Source: Octopus bimaculoides (taxonomy: Eukaryota). From it: DNA of 36,841 nucleotides. The notes beneath the pieces are model-generated. The model worked only from the letters and a program-made list of their open reading frames with translations, was not told where the DNA came from and did no database searches. The DNA is taken from the NCBI RefSeq assembly GCF_001194135.2, contig NC_068992.1, positions 15,108,013 through 15,144,853 of the forward strand, read 5' to 3'. A program made the position numbers and the translations under genes. Shown one piece after another: positions 9,280 through 20,498 of this stretch. Each line of letters opens with the position of its first letter. Position 1 is the first letter of the stretch.

Positions 9280-9455
9280 TATGCTACCACCTATCTAACA
9301 GTGTTTCTTAATTCTCTGCGTTCCATTGGTGTCCTTGTTTCACAATCTGCAACGGAAGACCAGAGCACCCAATACGCTGCAATGGGATTTGGACGCACCA
9401 AATCTCTGTAACGGTACAAGACTGGCTGTCAAAACTCTTATTGTCCACATGACTA
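9280..9455 (+). mobile_element. Helitron PIF1-like helicase fragment
   Basis: YLTVFLNSL..GV (frameshift) HNLQRKTRAPNTLQWDLDAPNLCNGTRLAVK matches the Helitron motif YP.EFLNSL..G.P.H.L.LK.GAP..LLRNL..P.LCNGTRL.VK. Confidence 0.85.
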
Positions 9456-10656
9456 ATACTGCTGTAGCGAAGCCTAGAATCGAAACTTTGTGAGCCTGGT
9501 AACGAGAAATAGGTGACAGGATATCAGGTAACTTGTTTTGAATTCTAACCAACCATATTTCTGCAGCGATCGTTCGATCGTGTGTAGTTTTGTGGAATTT
9601 TCCATCATTTTCCCCTTAAAACATGGCTATGAATATAGAAGCGCGCTTCAACGACAGCGAGGTACCAGCGTTCCGGGAGGAGAAAGACTTCTTGTTCGCT
9701 GTTTGATCCAAAGTTAAAAGATGTCGATGGTCCACCACGAGCATTTAATTTTCCCGCCTCTCACAGCATGAATAAAAAGCCGTTAATTTCTTAGCCAAAA
9801 GTACAACGTCTATTCATGTCCCTCTCCTTGTAAACAGTAAAACAGCCGTCAATAAATAACTGCTGTAAATATAGTAAAGTGATGTGGAAATAAGTGATTT
9901 TATTAGAAATCTCAGTCGATTCGGTTGTATATGGGGAAACAGCACGCAGCCAAATTTAACCCAACCAAACAATCGTTCATCACACCCATCCAACGAGAAC
10001 CAGCAATGGTGACCCCAATAGAGAAAGGCTAATAACCAAAACCTTCTACAATGGTGACCCACGATTGTTCAACAAGTTACCGACACGCAATGTTTATTCA
10101 AGCTACACTGGGGACCAAGATGCTAGAAATTGCAATCAAAGCAAGCTACGTTGATGAACAACGTCTTCCGAGTCAGAAAATCGACGACTGGTCTGCTCGA
10201 AATGGCAGCTAATACCGACAGTTTATAAACAAAGAAGAGTTTGTCCAAAACTTCTAACTTATAGTATCGAAGTGAACTTCATTCGATGCTTTTTGAATGC
10301 TGTTACAGAGACTGTCGGTATTTGAGATTTTTCCATTGTTTTTTCCTTGTGACATTTAAAATTATTTTTACTACGGAACATCAGCCTCATCCTCTTTTAC
10401 TGCAGCCACCGCAGATCATAGAAGTCCGCTATGAAGGCTGCGTCTCTTATTCTGTGCACCCAACTAGACAGGAAATACAGAGGTTCGGTTGGCACAGCTC
10501 AAGGTGCACTTCTTGATAAACGGACGGGCGCCAACTTCATTTTCTCGTTTGAGTCCTTCCTTTTGTTCTAAGTAGTGTGGTCTAGGTAGCCTCCCCAAGA
10601 ACTCATACTGAATAAACACATATCCTCATCACAATTATCATTAAAGAAAAAAACAA

Positions 10657-10852
10657 AGGCGGTGGGCTGGCAGAATCGTGAGCACGCCGGGCGGTATTTC
10701 GTCCGTCTTTACATTCTGAGTTCAAATTACACGTAGGTCGACTTTGCCTTTCATCCTTTCGCGGTCTGTAAAATAGACACCATTCAAGTGCCATTTGTTC
10801 CTCCCCTCAATAACGGCTGACCCCGGAGCCAAAATTTGAAACCATTATTATT
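10657..10852 (+). mobile_element. Family A SINE with short internal deletions
   Basis: aaggcggtgggctggcagaatcg (A-box) ...gagttcaaatt (B-box) ...ggtcgactttgcctttcatcctttc; ATT tail. Confidence 0.85.
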
Positions 10853-11244
10853 GTCAGCGATATCATGCCTTAGAAGAGCTGTTTCAAATATTACGGGAGA
10901 TAGATAATTATTTGTTCTTTCATTGCTTCTTGTTTAAATATGTTGAAACTCATAAAATATTGAAGTATTATGCTATATGACTCAGATTCTTAATTTCTTT
11001 TTATGAAATTTGAAATATTTTCAAACATTGCAATACCTATTAAGGTTCCGATTGAAGGAGTAATAAACTGGAATATTTCAGAAATAAAAAAACAAATTTG
11101 GATGCGAAACAACGAAATGATAAATCGCTTTCTATAATCCGTTGTATTTAAAACTAAGCACTAGTTGAAGGGTAATTCTAACAACTATGGATATACGATG
11201 TCTTTATGCTCCCCACCTCTCTCTCTCTCTGTCTTTATAACAAA

Positions 11245-11382
11245 TATGTATGTATGTATGTATGCATGTTTGTATGTATGCATGTATGTATGTTTGTATG
11301 TATGTATGTAGGTATGTATTGTATGAATGCATGCATGTATGTACGTATGCATGTACGTACGTATGTATGCCTGTATGATTTA

Positions 11383-11438
<56 letters not shown>

Positions 11439-11567
11439 AACACACATTCACACCAACACACCCACACATGTACTGTCCCTTTTCTCTTCATAGCGAGCAT
11501 GTATGTATATGCGTATGTATGTGTGCTTTAATGTATGTATGTACATGTATATACACACACATACGTA

Positions 11568-11623
<56 letters not shown>

Positions 11624-11625
11624 TC
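11245..11625. repeat. Compound (TATG)n/(TA)n/(TG)n microsatellite
   Basis: Direct. Confidence 0.95.
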
Positions 11626-11937
11626 TACACATACATAAGCATTCAATAGATATACGCAGATACGTACACACGCACACAAAAATAATATATACCCACTTGT
11701 TTTCAAGCATATCCATATATTAAATGTCGTACACACACACACACTACATATATGTACACATGGAGACACACATATAGATGAACCAGCAACCTTTCTTTCT
11801 CTCCCCACCTTCTCGTCGTCGTCGTCGTCGTCGTCGTCGCCAGAAATATCGACAAAATATTGACAAAAATTAGGATTATTATTGTTGCTGCATCACTTGT
11901 TACACTTTTTTTTTCCTCTTTTGTCTTTTCTCTTTAG

Positions 11938-12128
11938 ATATACTGCCTCCCTGCAATGGGCCCTATGATATAATGTCTCCCTGTAATGGACCTGATGTGA
12001 GAGACATATGCCAGGTTGAAAAGACCGCTACTTCCTCTACCGAGCATCAATACCACTTCAATAGGATACGGAGACGAGGATATACCTATTGCTGTAGTGA
12101 AGGTGTCACCGTGTGTTTGTGGCAGTAA
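11938..12128 (+). CDS. Candidate coding exon of an unidentified Cys-rich peptide (partial gene)
   Basis: Strong acceptor (about 30-nt pyrimidine tract + TAG, AG at 11936-11937). Frame from 11940 is open: ILPPCNGPYDIMSPCNGPDVRDICQVEKTATSSTEHQYHFNRIRRRGYTYCCSEGVTVCLWQ, ending at TAA 12126-12128 or at donor CA|GTAAGA (12125). An internal 30-bp duplication keeps PCNGP through three synonymous changes. Confidence 0.5.
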
Positions 12129-12886
12129 GAAGCTTATGTCTTGACTCACGCTAGAAAAAAAGAAATGGGCTGCGCAGTAAGCGAATTCATATCAAATTTT
12201 ACTGTGCCGAACGGTTGTATAACACGGCCACCGCCCTCTAAACGTTTGAAGCTGTTAAGCTTGTTGTGTAGTAAGCTCTTACGTCAATAAAAAGAAAGAG
12301 AAAAAGCAAGAAGGATTAGATAAGAGTACACTTCTTCCTTGCACATTTGTATATACAAAAATATACACATATCTCACACACGCACACACTTATATTGTAT
12401 ACACATTAATGGATGGCCGTTGGCCTTGTTGGGTTTATCTGCTGCTTTGGCAGGATGTCCTAAAATCAATCTCTTCACCGTTCGCGCTTGGTGGGTTTGC
12501 CGGTTTAGTGACCAACGATCCAAACATGCAACAGATTGCATAGAGTTGCATGATACCAGCAGTGCTCATGAGTCACCCACCACTGTTTGTCTTTGTCTCA
12601 GTTAGAAAGACCCCTTTATTGTTAATACCCTGTAACTGTTTGTCTATAATTTTTATCGCAGTTTTATATCTCTGTGCGCTGTGCAAGTCACAATATTTAA
12701 ACCAATTTTATTTCAGATCTTTGCCCTTGGACTTTCCACACGAGTGACGTCCTGCTTTTAGCGCTGAAATTTTAATGACTCTGGACGAAAAAGATAATTC
12801 ACTAAAATGGATGAATCCATGTTTATTTTATTTGACCCTTCGCTAGTTTCTTCTATAAGTCTTTCAATATGTTTCGAAAGTGGGTG

Positions 12887-12990
12887 GGCAAAAGAGACCG
12901 ATAGCGTCAGTACCAGGCTAAAAATTCTTCATGGTGGTGCCCTAGCATGACCGCGGTCTAATGACTGAAACAAGTAAAAGATAAAAGATA
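12887..12990 (+). mobile_element. Family M SINE 3' fragment
   Basis: ggcaaaagagaccgatag..tagcatgaccgcggtctaatgactgaaacaagtaaaagataaaagata. Confidence 0.8.
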
Positions 12991-13754
12991 TATAAATATA
13001 TATATATATATATACACACACACATACACACACTCACACACACAAGCATACACGTACATACACACACACACACCCATAGATACTTAGGGTGGGGAACTAT
13101 TTCTAAATAATTCCCCAACTGAACGGTAAAGAAGAAATTTTTAGCACGAGGGGTTAAAACCTTTCAACGGATGGGAAGATTGTACCAGCAGACTTGTCCT
13201 TTTTGATTTCTCCTATATCTATAGTCCCATCGCAAGTTTTCAGAAAAGCATTTCTTCTTAAATGTTCATTCTAAAATTGTTAGCTGAAGTCTCAGCTTAT
13301 TTAGTAATCGAATTACTAAACGTGCGTCTAGAGTGATTAGATACAGATGTGACAGATGTAATGCAGACGATCTGAAAGGTTATGAGTAGTATATACGGAA
13401 CTAACAATATAATGCTAAGTTCAATAACTATTTCGAAATATTTTCGCTCAAAATCTTTTTTCTTTTTTTTTTTTAATATAATGACTAGGGTATCAGCTAT
13501 TATTGGTACCGTTTTCACTCTCATAAAACCTTGCTTATTTTCCCTTTCGGATTTCGGTCGTACACTAGCTTTTCAACCTCTGTCTCCCAGCGAAAATTTA
13601 ACCTGAACCGAAGGAAATATTCATCAACCTGTTCAAAAATATCTTTCCGGATTTTATGATTTCAGAGCGGTTCGTTTTGGCCCCGTCTCTCAGCAAAGAT
13701 CAGCATGTTTCAGGGTATCATAATTAAACTGGGAAATTATTTTTATGCAAATAG

Positions 13755-14690
13755 AATTTATATTCAGTTTTGCATGTGGGAGTGTCTGCATATTATCGAG
13801 TAGATACACCTACCTACTTATTCATGTCTCTCGATATATTATGTCTTTTGCAAGGACTAGGCAGCCGGAAATGAACTGGTCGATTGTTTCGTTACGTTGA
13901 TTACATTGTCTGCAGTTCACGTTAGACATCTTGTTTTATTATTTTAATTTTGGTAGTTCTTTGTCGTTAGATATTGATTTTATGCCACTAAAATCAAACC
14001 TTCCATTTCTGCTTTTGTGTCACTGCTGGCTTTTCATACTGACACAGTTCTCGACTGTGTCCAGTCTTCCAGAGTACTGTCAGAGAAGTTTTTCTCTCCA
14101 TTTATCATTTAACATTCTTTTGAGATTCGTTTCGTTTCGAATTTTATTCCTTTTCTTTCTCTTTATTTTTCTGTAACTTTATTCCTATCTAAAGCTTTTC
14201 TTTTCCCTCGGTACAATTAACTCATAGATTATATACAAGGAAATACTAGAAAGCAGAGAAAAGTCTTTGGTGGTTTTTCCTTTCTAATTCTTCTATTATA
14301 TTAATCAGTCTACACTTGCTTTCTTTTAGGTATTTTTGAAGAACAACTCTAGTTACTTTGTTACAAGTTCTTTGTAATAAGTTCTCTATTTGTCTCAGAC
14401 TCCCCCAACCCTGCTTCCTTTGCGTACACATAAGATATATACCAGATTTCAGTAGTAGATTTTTCCGTTTGTTTTCCCACCCATGCTCTTCGTTTCTCTT
14501 AACTTCCAATTTATTATATAATGTATCAATAATCCTATTTCTGTTATTAAGTCTAAACTTTCCATATTACAGTTTTTCTAATTTTTCCTTTCCTTGTTTT
14601 TGCATTTCGTAACAATGACACAAAAGTAAGTAATTGAATCATCTTGTATAGGCGGTTCTATGTCTAATTCTCATATTATCTTGCTATTAA
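13755..14690 (-). mobile_element. Old R4/Dong-type LINE fragment (RT C-terminus to CCHC knuckle)
   Basis: Minus-strand remnants with frameshifts: LNNRNRII..., RKQGWGSLRQIE...LQKYLKES, KWREKLL, KAEMEGLILVA*NQYLTTKNYQ, CRQCNQRNETIDQFISGCLVLAK, YIERHE*VGRCIY..IC. They occur in the order expected for R4/Dong ORFs. Confidence 0.75.
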
Positions 14691-14694
14691 CTTT

Positions 14695-14764
14695 TATTAT
14701 TATTATTATTATTATCATTATTATTATTACTATTATTACTATTATTATTATTATTATTATTATT
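14695..14764. repeat. (ATT)n microsatellite between two Dong-type fragments
   Basis: Direct. Confidence 0.95.
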
Positions 14765-15125
14765 CTGAAAGACTCTCGGATAGTTCTTTATTACCGATTA
14801 TTTTTTACTTGAAAGCAGGATACAACAAATCACCAAAGGTTTCAAGTAGTGCCTTCTCCTGTGACTCAAAGAGACAATACTCTCCTTAGAATGCTAGTTG
14901 TACCCAACAGTTCTGTCTTCTGGATCACTTCGAGCCTGACAGCAGCTCCGATATTTTTTATATTTTTTCAAAGCCTTTGGAAATTGCTCCTAATGCTCCA
15001 ATTACCACCGGTGTCACTATTACTTTCCTCATGCCCCATAACTTTGCTATGTTGTCGCGAATTGGCTGGTATTTCTCAATCTTTTCTGTTTCCTTACATT
15101 TCACCCGCGAATCGCCTGGTATTGC
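14765..15125 (-). mobile_element. R4/Dong-type LINE 3' end (REL domain end + short 3' UTR); upstream part lost in gap
   Basis: AIPGDSRVKCKETEKIEKYQPIRDNIAKLWGMRKVIVTPVVIGALGAISKGFEK (frameshift) IKNIGAAVRLEVIQKTELLGTTSILRRVLSL*; stop at 14866-14868; followed by (AAT)n in element sense. Confidence 0.9.
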
Positions 15126-16046
15126 NNNNNNNNNNNNNNNNNNNNNNNNNNNNNNNNNNNNNNNNNNNNNNNNNNNNNNNNNNNNNNNNNNNNNNNNNNN
15201 NNNNNNNNNNNNNNNNNNNNNNNNNNNNNNNNNNNNNNNNNNNNNNNNNNNNNNNNNNNNNNNNNNNNNNNNNNNNNNNNNNNNNNNNNNNNNNNNNNNN
15301 NNNNNNNNNNNNNNNNNNNNNNNNNNNNNNNNNNNNNNNNNNNNNNNNNNNNNNNNNNNNNNNNNNNNNNNNNNNNNNNNNNNNNNNNNNNNNNNNNNNN
15401 NNNNNNNNNNNNNNNNNNNNNNNNNNNNNNNNNNNNNNNNNNNNNNNNNNNNNNNNNNNNNNNNNNNNNNNNNNNNNNNNNNNNNNNNNNNNNNNNNNNN
15501 NNNNNNNNNNNNNNNNNNNNNNNNNNNNNNNNNNNNNNNNNNNNNNNNNNNNNNNNNNNNNNNNNNNNNNNNNNNNNNNNNNNNNNNNNNNNNNNNNNNN
15601 NNNNNNNNNNNNNNNNNNNNNNNNNNNNNNNNNNNNNNNNNNNNNNNNNNNNNNNNNNNNNNNNNNNNNNNNNNNNNNNNNNNNNNNNNNNNNNNNNNNN
15701 NNNNNNNNNNNNNNNNNNNNNNNNNNNNNNNNNNNNNNNNNNNNNNNNNNNNNNNNNNNNNNNNNNNNNNNNNNNNNNNNNNNNNNNNNNNNNNNNNNNN
15801 NNNNNNNNNNNNNNNNNNNNNNNNNNNNNNNNNNNNNNNNNNNNNNNNNNNNNNNNNNNNNNNNNNNNNNNNNNNNNNNNNNNNNNNNNNNNNNNNNNNN
15901 NNNNNNNNNNNNNNNNNNNNNNNNNNNNNNNNNNNNNNNNNNNNNNNNNNNNNNNNNNNNNNNNNNNNNNNNNNNNNNNNNNNNNNNNNNNNNNNNNNNN
16001 NNNNNNNNNNNNNNNNNNNNNNNNNNNNNNNNNNNNNNNNNNNNNN
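15126..16046. other. Assembly gap
   Basis: N-run. Other gaps: 5360-5369, 23904-24005, 26659-27246, 29036-29396. Confidence 1.
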
Positions 16047-16132
16047 ACACACACATCGTAAACGAAGGAATGAAAGTAATGGTATACATATTTTTAATCA
16101 GTGAAGCTCGTTTGAATAATAAGTAGAGTTTA

Positions 16133-16338
16133 AGTAGAATTTTATACATCAATCAACATGATGAGTTATGCATATAAATTATATGAATCCCTATGATATT
16201 AAATGAAACTTCTACTAATCATTTCTCACCTTTATAATTCAATATGAAGAAATAATTAGTAGAACTTTCATATTAGATAGATTTACATAATTTATATGCA
16301 TAACCCATCATGTCGATTGATGTTTAAAATAGTTCTAC
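16133..16338. repeat. AT-rich imperfect long inverted repeat (foldback/MITE-like)
   Basis: Left catcaatcaacatgatgagttatgcatataaattat...atgaaacttctactaatcatttct pairs with right agaaataattagtagaactttcat...ataatttatatgcataacccatcatgtcgattgatg. Confidence 0.85.
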
Positions 16339-16599
16339 TGATTATTAGAACGATCATAGCTGATTAAAAAAACAAGAAATGTAATATAATCCTCTTTATA
16401 CCGTATTTGTATATTTACGTTAAATGTGCTAACACCATATTCGTCTGGTTTTTACAAGCTTTACAGTTTGTGATTAATGTTATTTGGATTAACGGAGTAT
16501 TGTTGTAGAGACATTACGCCAATAGCAATGGTTTCAAATGTTAGCACAATGCTGGTAATTTTGCGGGAGGGGTTAAATCGACTACATGAGCCTCAGTAC

Positions 16600-17013
16600 T
16601 CAGTATTTCGTCTGTCTTTATGTTCTGAGTTCAAATTCTGCCGAGGTCGTCTTTGCCTTTCATCCTTTCAGGGTCGATAAATTAAGTACCAGTTGCATAC
16701 TGGCTTCAATCTAATGGACTGGCTCCCCCCCCCCCACACCACCAATATTTCGGAACTTGTGCCTAGAGTAGAAAATATTATTATTATTATTAAGGCGGCG
16801 AGCTGGCAGAATCCTTAGCATGCCGAGCAAAATGCTTATCAGCATTTCGTCTGTCTTTACGTTCTGAGTTCAAATTTCGCCGAGGACGACTTTGTTTTTC
16901 ATCCTTCAGGGGTAGATAAATTAAGTACTAGTCAAATACTGGGGTCGATGCGATCGACTATCTTCCTCCCCACAAATTCCAGGTCTTGTACCTATAGTAG
17001 AAAGGATTATTAA
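16600..17013 (+). mobile_element. Two head-to-tail family A SINEs (16600-16790 5'-truncated; 16792-17013 full) joined by (ATT)n
   Basis: Full copy: aaggcggcgagctggcagaatcc (A-box), gagttcaaattt (B-box), body, ...cctatagtagaaaggattatt. Confidence 0.9.
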
Positions 17014-17118
17014 TTTCATCATTTATCATCCTCTTTCAGTTGTTTCCATTTCTTGCGGAGTGTCTTCCTGACACCTAGAGCAGAGAAACTCATTGTATAC
17101 ATTTGTAGGCCATTAAAA

Positions 17119-17207
17119 TTGCTGTTGTTGGCACTCCGTCGCTTACGACGTCGAGGGTTCCAGTTGATCTGATCAACAGAACAGCCTGCTCGTGAAATTA
17201 ACGTGCA
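17119..17207 (-). mobile_element. Family B SINE, 5'-truncated 3' end
   Basis: Nearly identical to the reverse complement of the last ~90 nt of 18410-18796, including the (AAC)n tail. Confidence 0.9.
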
Positions 17208-17674
17208 CACACACACACACACATACACACACACACACACACACATATACATAGATACATACATGCATACATACGAATACGTGTTTTTAGAAGCATAACA
17301 TTTCTGAACATTAACCAAAGAAAGAAGTTTCTTCATGTGTAGATTTGGATATTAACAATTTTATTGACAGTAACCTCGACAATTTGCCAGTAGATGGCGT
17401 GATCCATCTGACGTCGCTCACTTCTGGCAATATTTCGAAGCCCCGTCTGTGTGTGTGTGTGTGCGTATGTTTGTGCTAGAAAGTGTATGTATGTGTATGT
17501 ATGTGTATGTAAGTGTGAGGATATTTAATTTATCTGAATGCTATTTTCATAATCCAGAAGTTGCAATATTACTAGAATAAACAGTAAACTCGACCATTTA
17601 TTACCATTAGATAGTTAACTCCACAAGTGTTCGGAAAACAATTTCTTTGTGTGTGAGAGAAGGGGGAGAAGGAG

Positions 17675-17711
<37 letters not shown>

Positions 17712-18409
17712 AGGAGAGATGGATAGATGGTGCAGTTAAAATTACGTTAAGTATGTTATTTACCTCACTTATGTTGTCCAGTAACATCTTGGGAGCAAAC
17801 GTTTATAACGTGACAATGTTTTGGTAACGTTAACGCAATACCGAAGCATCACAGTCTTTTGTTTGTCTTTTGCTGTTGGCGCCTTGTTTACTGAACACCA
17901 CTTGCTCTCTGGTAATTAATTTGTAGTCCTTGGGTGAGAAAGTCAATGACCAAAGTAAACTATCTTTTTTCAGCTGTGATAGCAATGTCATATCAGATAA
18001 CTAATTAGAGTATTTACTATTGCAAACATGGTCGGTAAACAAACTTCGAGATTATTTATATTATTTTTGTCTTAATGTATTTACTATTCAGTAATTTTCC
18101 TTTTTATATTCACATTCTTAAAAAAATGTTTCTGCTTCTTAAAAATAATTCAAAAAAATAACGAGAAGAGGAAATTAAGTGCTTGATTCTTTCTTTCTCT
18201 CTCTGTAAATTTGTGATAACATATTGTTGCGAAGTAAGAATTGATTTGTTATGGCTAAAAAGTATTCAGATTTACACAACGGTTGCGTGAATTCCTGGTA
18301 AACTGCATTTGGGATTATCGAGATTGAGTGTGTACCGAGTGTGTCTACAGAGCTGCGTCGTGCATAACACTTCTAAAATAATATTTCTGCATCTATATAA
18401 ATGAGTGTT

Positions 18410-18796
18410 GTGGAGGCGCAATGGCCCAGTGGTTAGGGCAGCGAACTCGCGGTCATAGGATCACGGTTTCGATTCCATGACCGGGCGTTGTGAGTGTTTA
18501 TTGAGCGAAAACACCTAAAGCTCCATGAGGCTCCGGCAGGGGATGGTGGCGAACCCTGCTGTACTCTTTCACCACAACTTTCTCTCACTCTTTCTTCCTG
18601 TTTCTGTTGTGCCTGTAATTCAAAGGGCCAGCCTTGTCACACTGTGTCACGCTGAATATCCCCGAGAACTACGTTAAGAGTACACGTGTCTGTGGAGTGC
18701 TCAGCCACTTGCACGTTAATTTCACGAGCAGGATGTTCCGTTGATTGGATCAACTGGAACCCTCGACGTCGTAAGCGACGGAGTGCCAACAACAAC
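18410..18796 (+). mobile_element. Family B tRNA-derived SINE, full length, (AAC)n tail (probably one of the described Octopus OR/OK SINEs; not verified)
   Basis: A-box TGGCCCAGTGG 18422-18432, B-box GGTTTCGATTCC 18465-18476; 12-bp TSD ataaatgagtgt 18397-18408 / ataaatgaatgt 18797-18808. Confidence 0.95.
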
Positions 18797-20207
18797 ATAA
18801 ATGAATGTGCATACGTGTGTGTGTGTGTGTGTCAGTAGACATGTGTGAGAAAATGTGCGTATTATACAAGACATGTAAATGCAACATGCATGCAAATATG
18901 TCTTTACGTGTATACTATTATTATTGTCTCGCGCGCGCGTGTGTGTGTGTGTGTGTGAATGGCTATATGTGAGAAAACACGTGAGTTAACACAGACATGC
19001 AAATTCAAGATTGATATAACTGTATTCCTACGTGTATCTCCACTCTCTCTCTCTCTCTCTCGTGCGCGTGTATCAACATCCATACTTTCATCTTGTAAAT
19101 TTATTCATATAAATTCTCGAATACTAATATTTTACGTTATCTCAAAATGGTCTTATTTAATATTCCTGGTTTTACAAACGACTGCACACTTTCGTATGTT
19201 GTAAATGATTCTCCAATCTTATTAATGCTTAAACATGTCTTTGACTACGACAGAGTAAATTCCGAAATCTCTTCATGGATTTTATTTTAATCCTCTGCCA
19301 CAATCTCTTTTAGATGTCAGTCTTTTGCAGGTAACATTCTAATTTCAAATTCCATTGATTCTTCATCCATTTGAGTGCCTCTTATGTGTTGGTGGTCAGC
19401 TGTGGTTTAATAGTTTTAAGTCAATGAGAATAAATCTCTACCACAAGATAGAAAATCTTATTATAAAGCTCATAATGACCTTTGAGTAGCTTGCCGGATA
19501 CCTAATCTATTCGGCTATTTGAAAATGAAATCCCTGTCATCATCTCGGAGCGGTAAACGACCTATCAGTGATTATTTAATGACATTTAAACAAGTTGCCA
19601 AATATTTAATCCACTTGGTTTGTTGACATTTCCAAGACAATAAAATTCAACATAAGAACACTTCAACGCCAAGACCATTCCCGCAAAACTACATTTGGTG
19701 TTAAAAATATAATCTAATAAAATAAAATAGAATAACAAATTTTGGAATTATAATAATCTATTGAGATACAAAAATGTATACACTCACCATTATCATCATT
19801 ATCTATATTATTATTGTTATTTATTTTTTAATCTGCACGTTTGTTGCAATCACTTGCCGAGACACACCCAGCGCCCTCTGGCAAGTGAAGGATAAAAAAT
19901 GTTACAGTATAACTGGAAGCTTGAGGAGGGGAAATAGCAGGAGCAGTAGCGAAATTTCTATCAGTATTATTGTTATTTTTAGTTGAATAATTTTTACAAA
20001 TTAATTTTATTTCTGTAGTTCAATTTGGGTGGCAGATATTATCTGTCGTCCGGTTTAAAAACTACAACGAAACACTGGGTGATTATAGCAGAGTCCATTC
20101 TGTTGCAACTATTTAAATCAGCTTTCCGATTTGAGGATGGTTTCTGCTCATCCTATCACCACTCTCGGTGGATCTATAAGGAGACATGTGTAATCCTTTC
20201 TGATTAA

Positions 20208-20498
20208 CCCATTACCTACCAGTGATCTCATATGAGATCACTTAAAAATTACAAATTTCGTAATTATCTGTCAATATTTACACATATCTAACCTTTTTGC
20301 TATATCTACTAGGTATATTTCTCTGATATTCAAATGGGGTTTGCTAATTTTCCACCCAATATCTCGCTTATTTCTAATTAAAATGTTATTTTGAAATGTT
20401 ATTTTGATCATTCCAGCGTGTTTCTAAGGCTGTTTTATGCTAGAAATCAAAGTTTCATAAAAACAATTCCAGTTAATAGAATTATGGGAGGTAATGGG
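20208..20498. mobile_element. piggyBac-type MITE (291 bp)
   Basis: TTAA at 20204-20207 and 20499-20502; 14-bp TIRs cccattacctacca / tgggaggtaatggg (1 mismatch). Confidence 0.8.

Noticed and set aside
10286-10560. Possible exon or signal-peptide ORF (MKAASLILCTQ...) and a TGGCGCCC PBS-like word on the minus strand
   Set aside because: Weak donor, no hydrophobic core, and no LTR or gag/pol nearby.
12408-12545. ORF MDGRWPC...ALGGFAGLVTNDPNMQQIA* resembling a cystatin N-terminus
   Set aside because: Stops immediately, with no QxVxG motif or usable donor; similarity too short.
14400-14470. KSGIY suggesting a Penelope GIY-YIG endonuclease
   Set aside because: Better explained as the decayed KSD.DRLY..RK.GG.GL motif of the surrounding R4/Dong fragment.
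14849-16152. Long ORFs of 300-425 aa (also 26523-27420 and 28741-29713)
   Set aside because: They run through N gaps or dinucleotide repeats; only the Dong-like peptide at 14958-15125 is meaningful.
18410-18480. tRNA-like sequence (also at 25527, 27430-27503, 31640-31708, 35741)
   Set aside because: SINE heads: no proper acceptor stem, and each continues into a conserved SINE body with tail and TSD.
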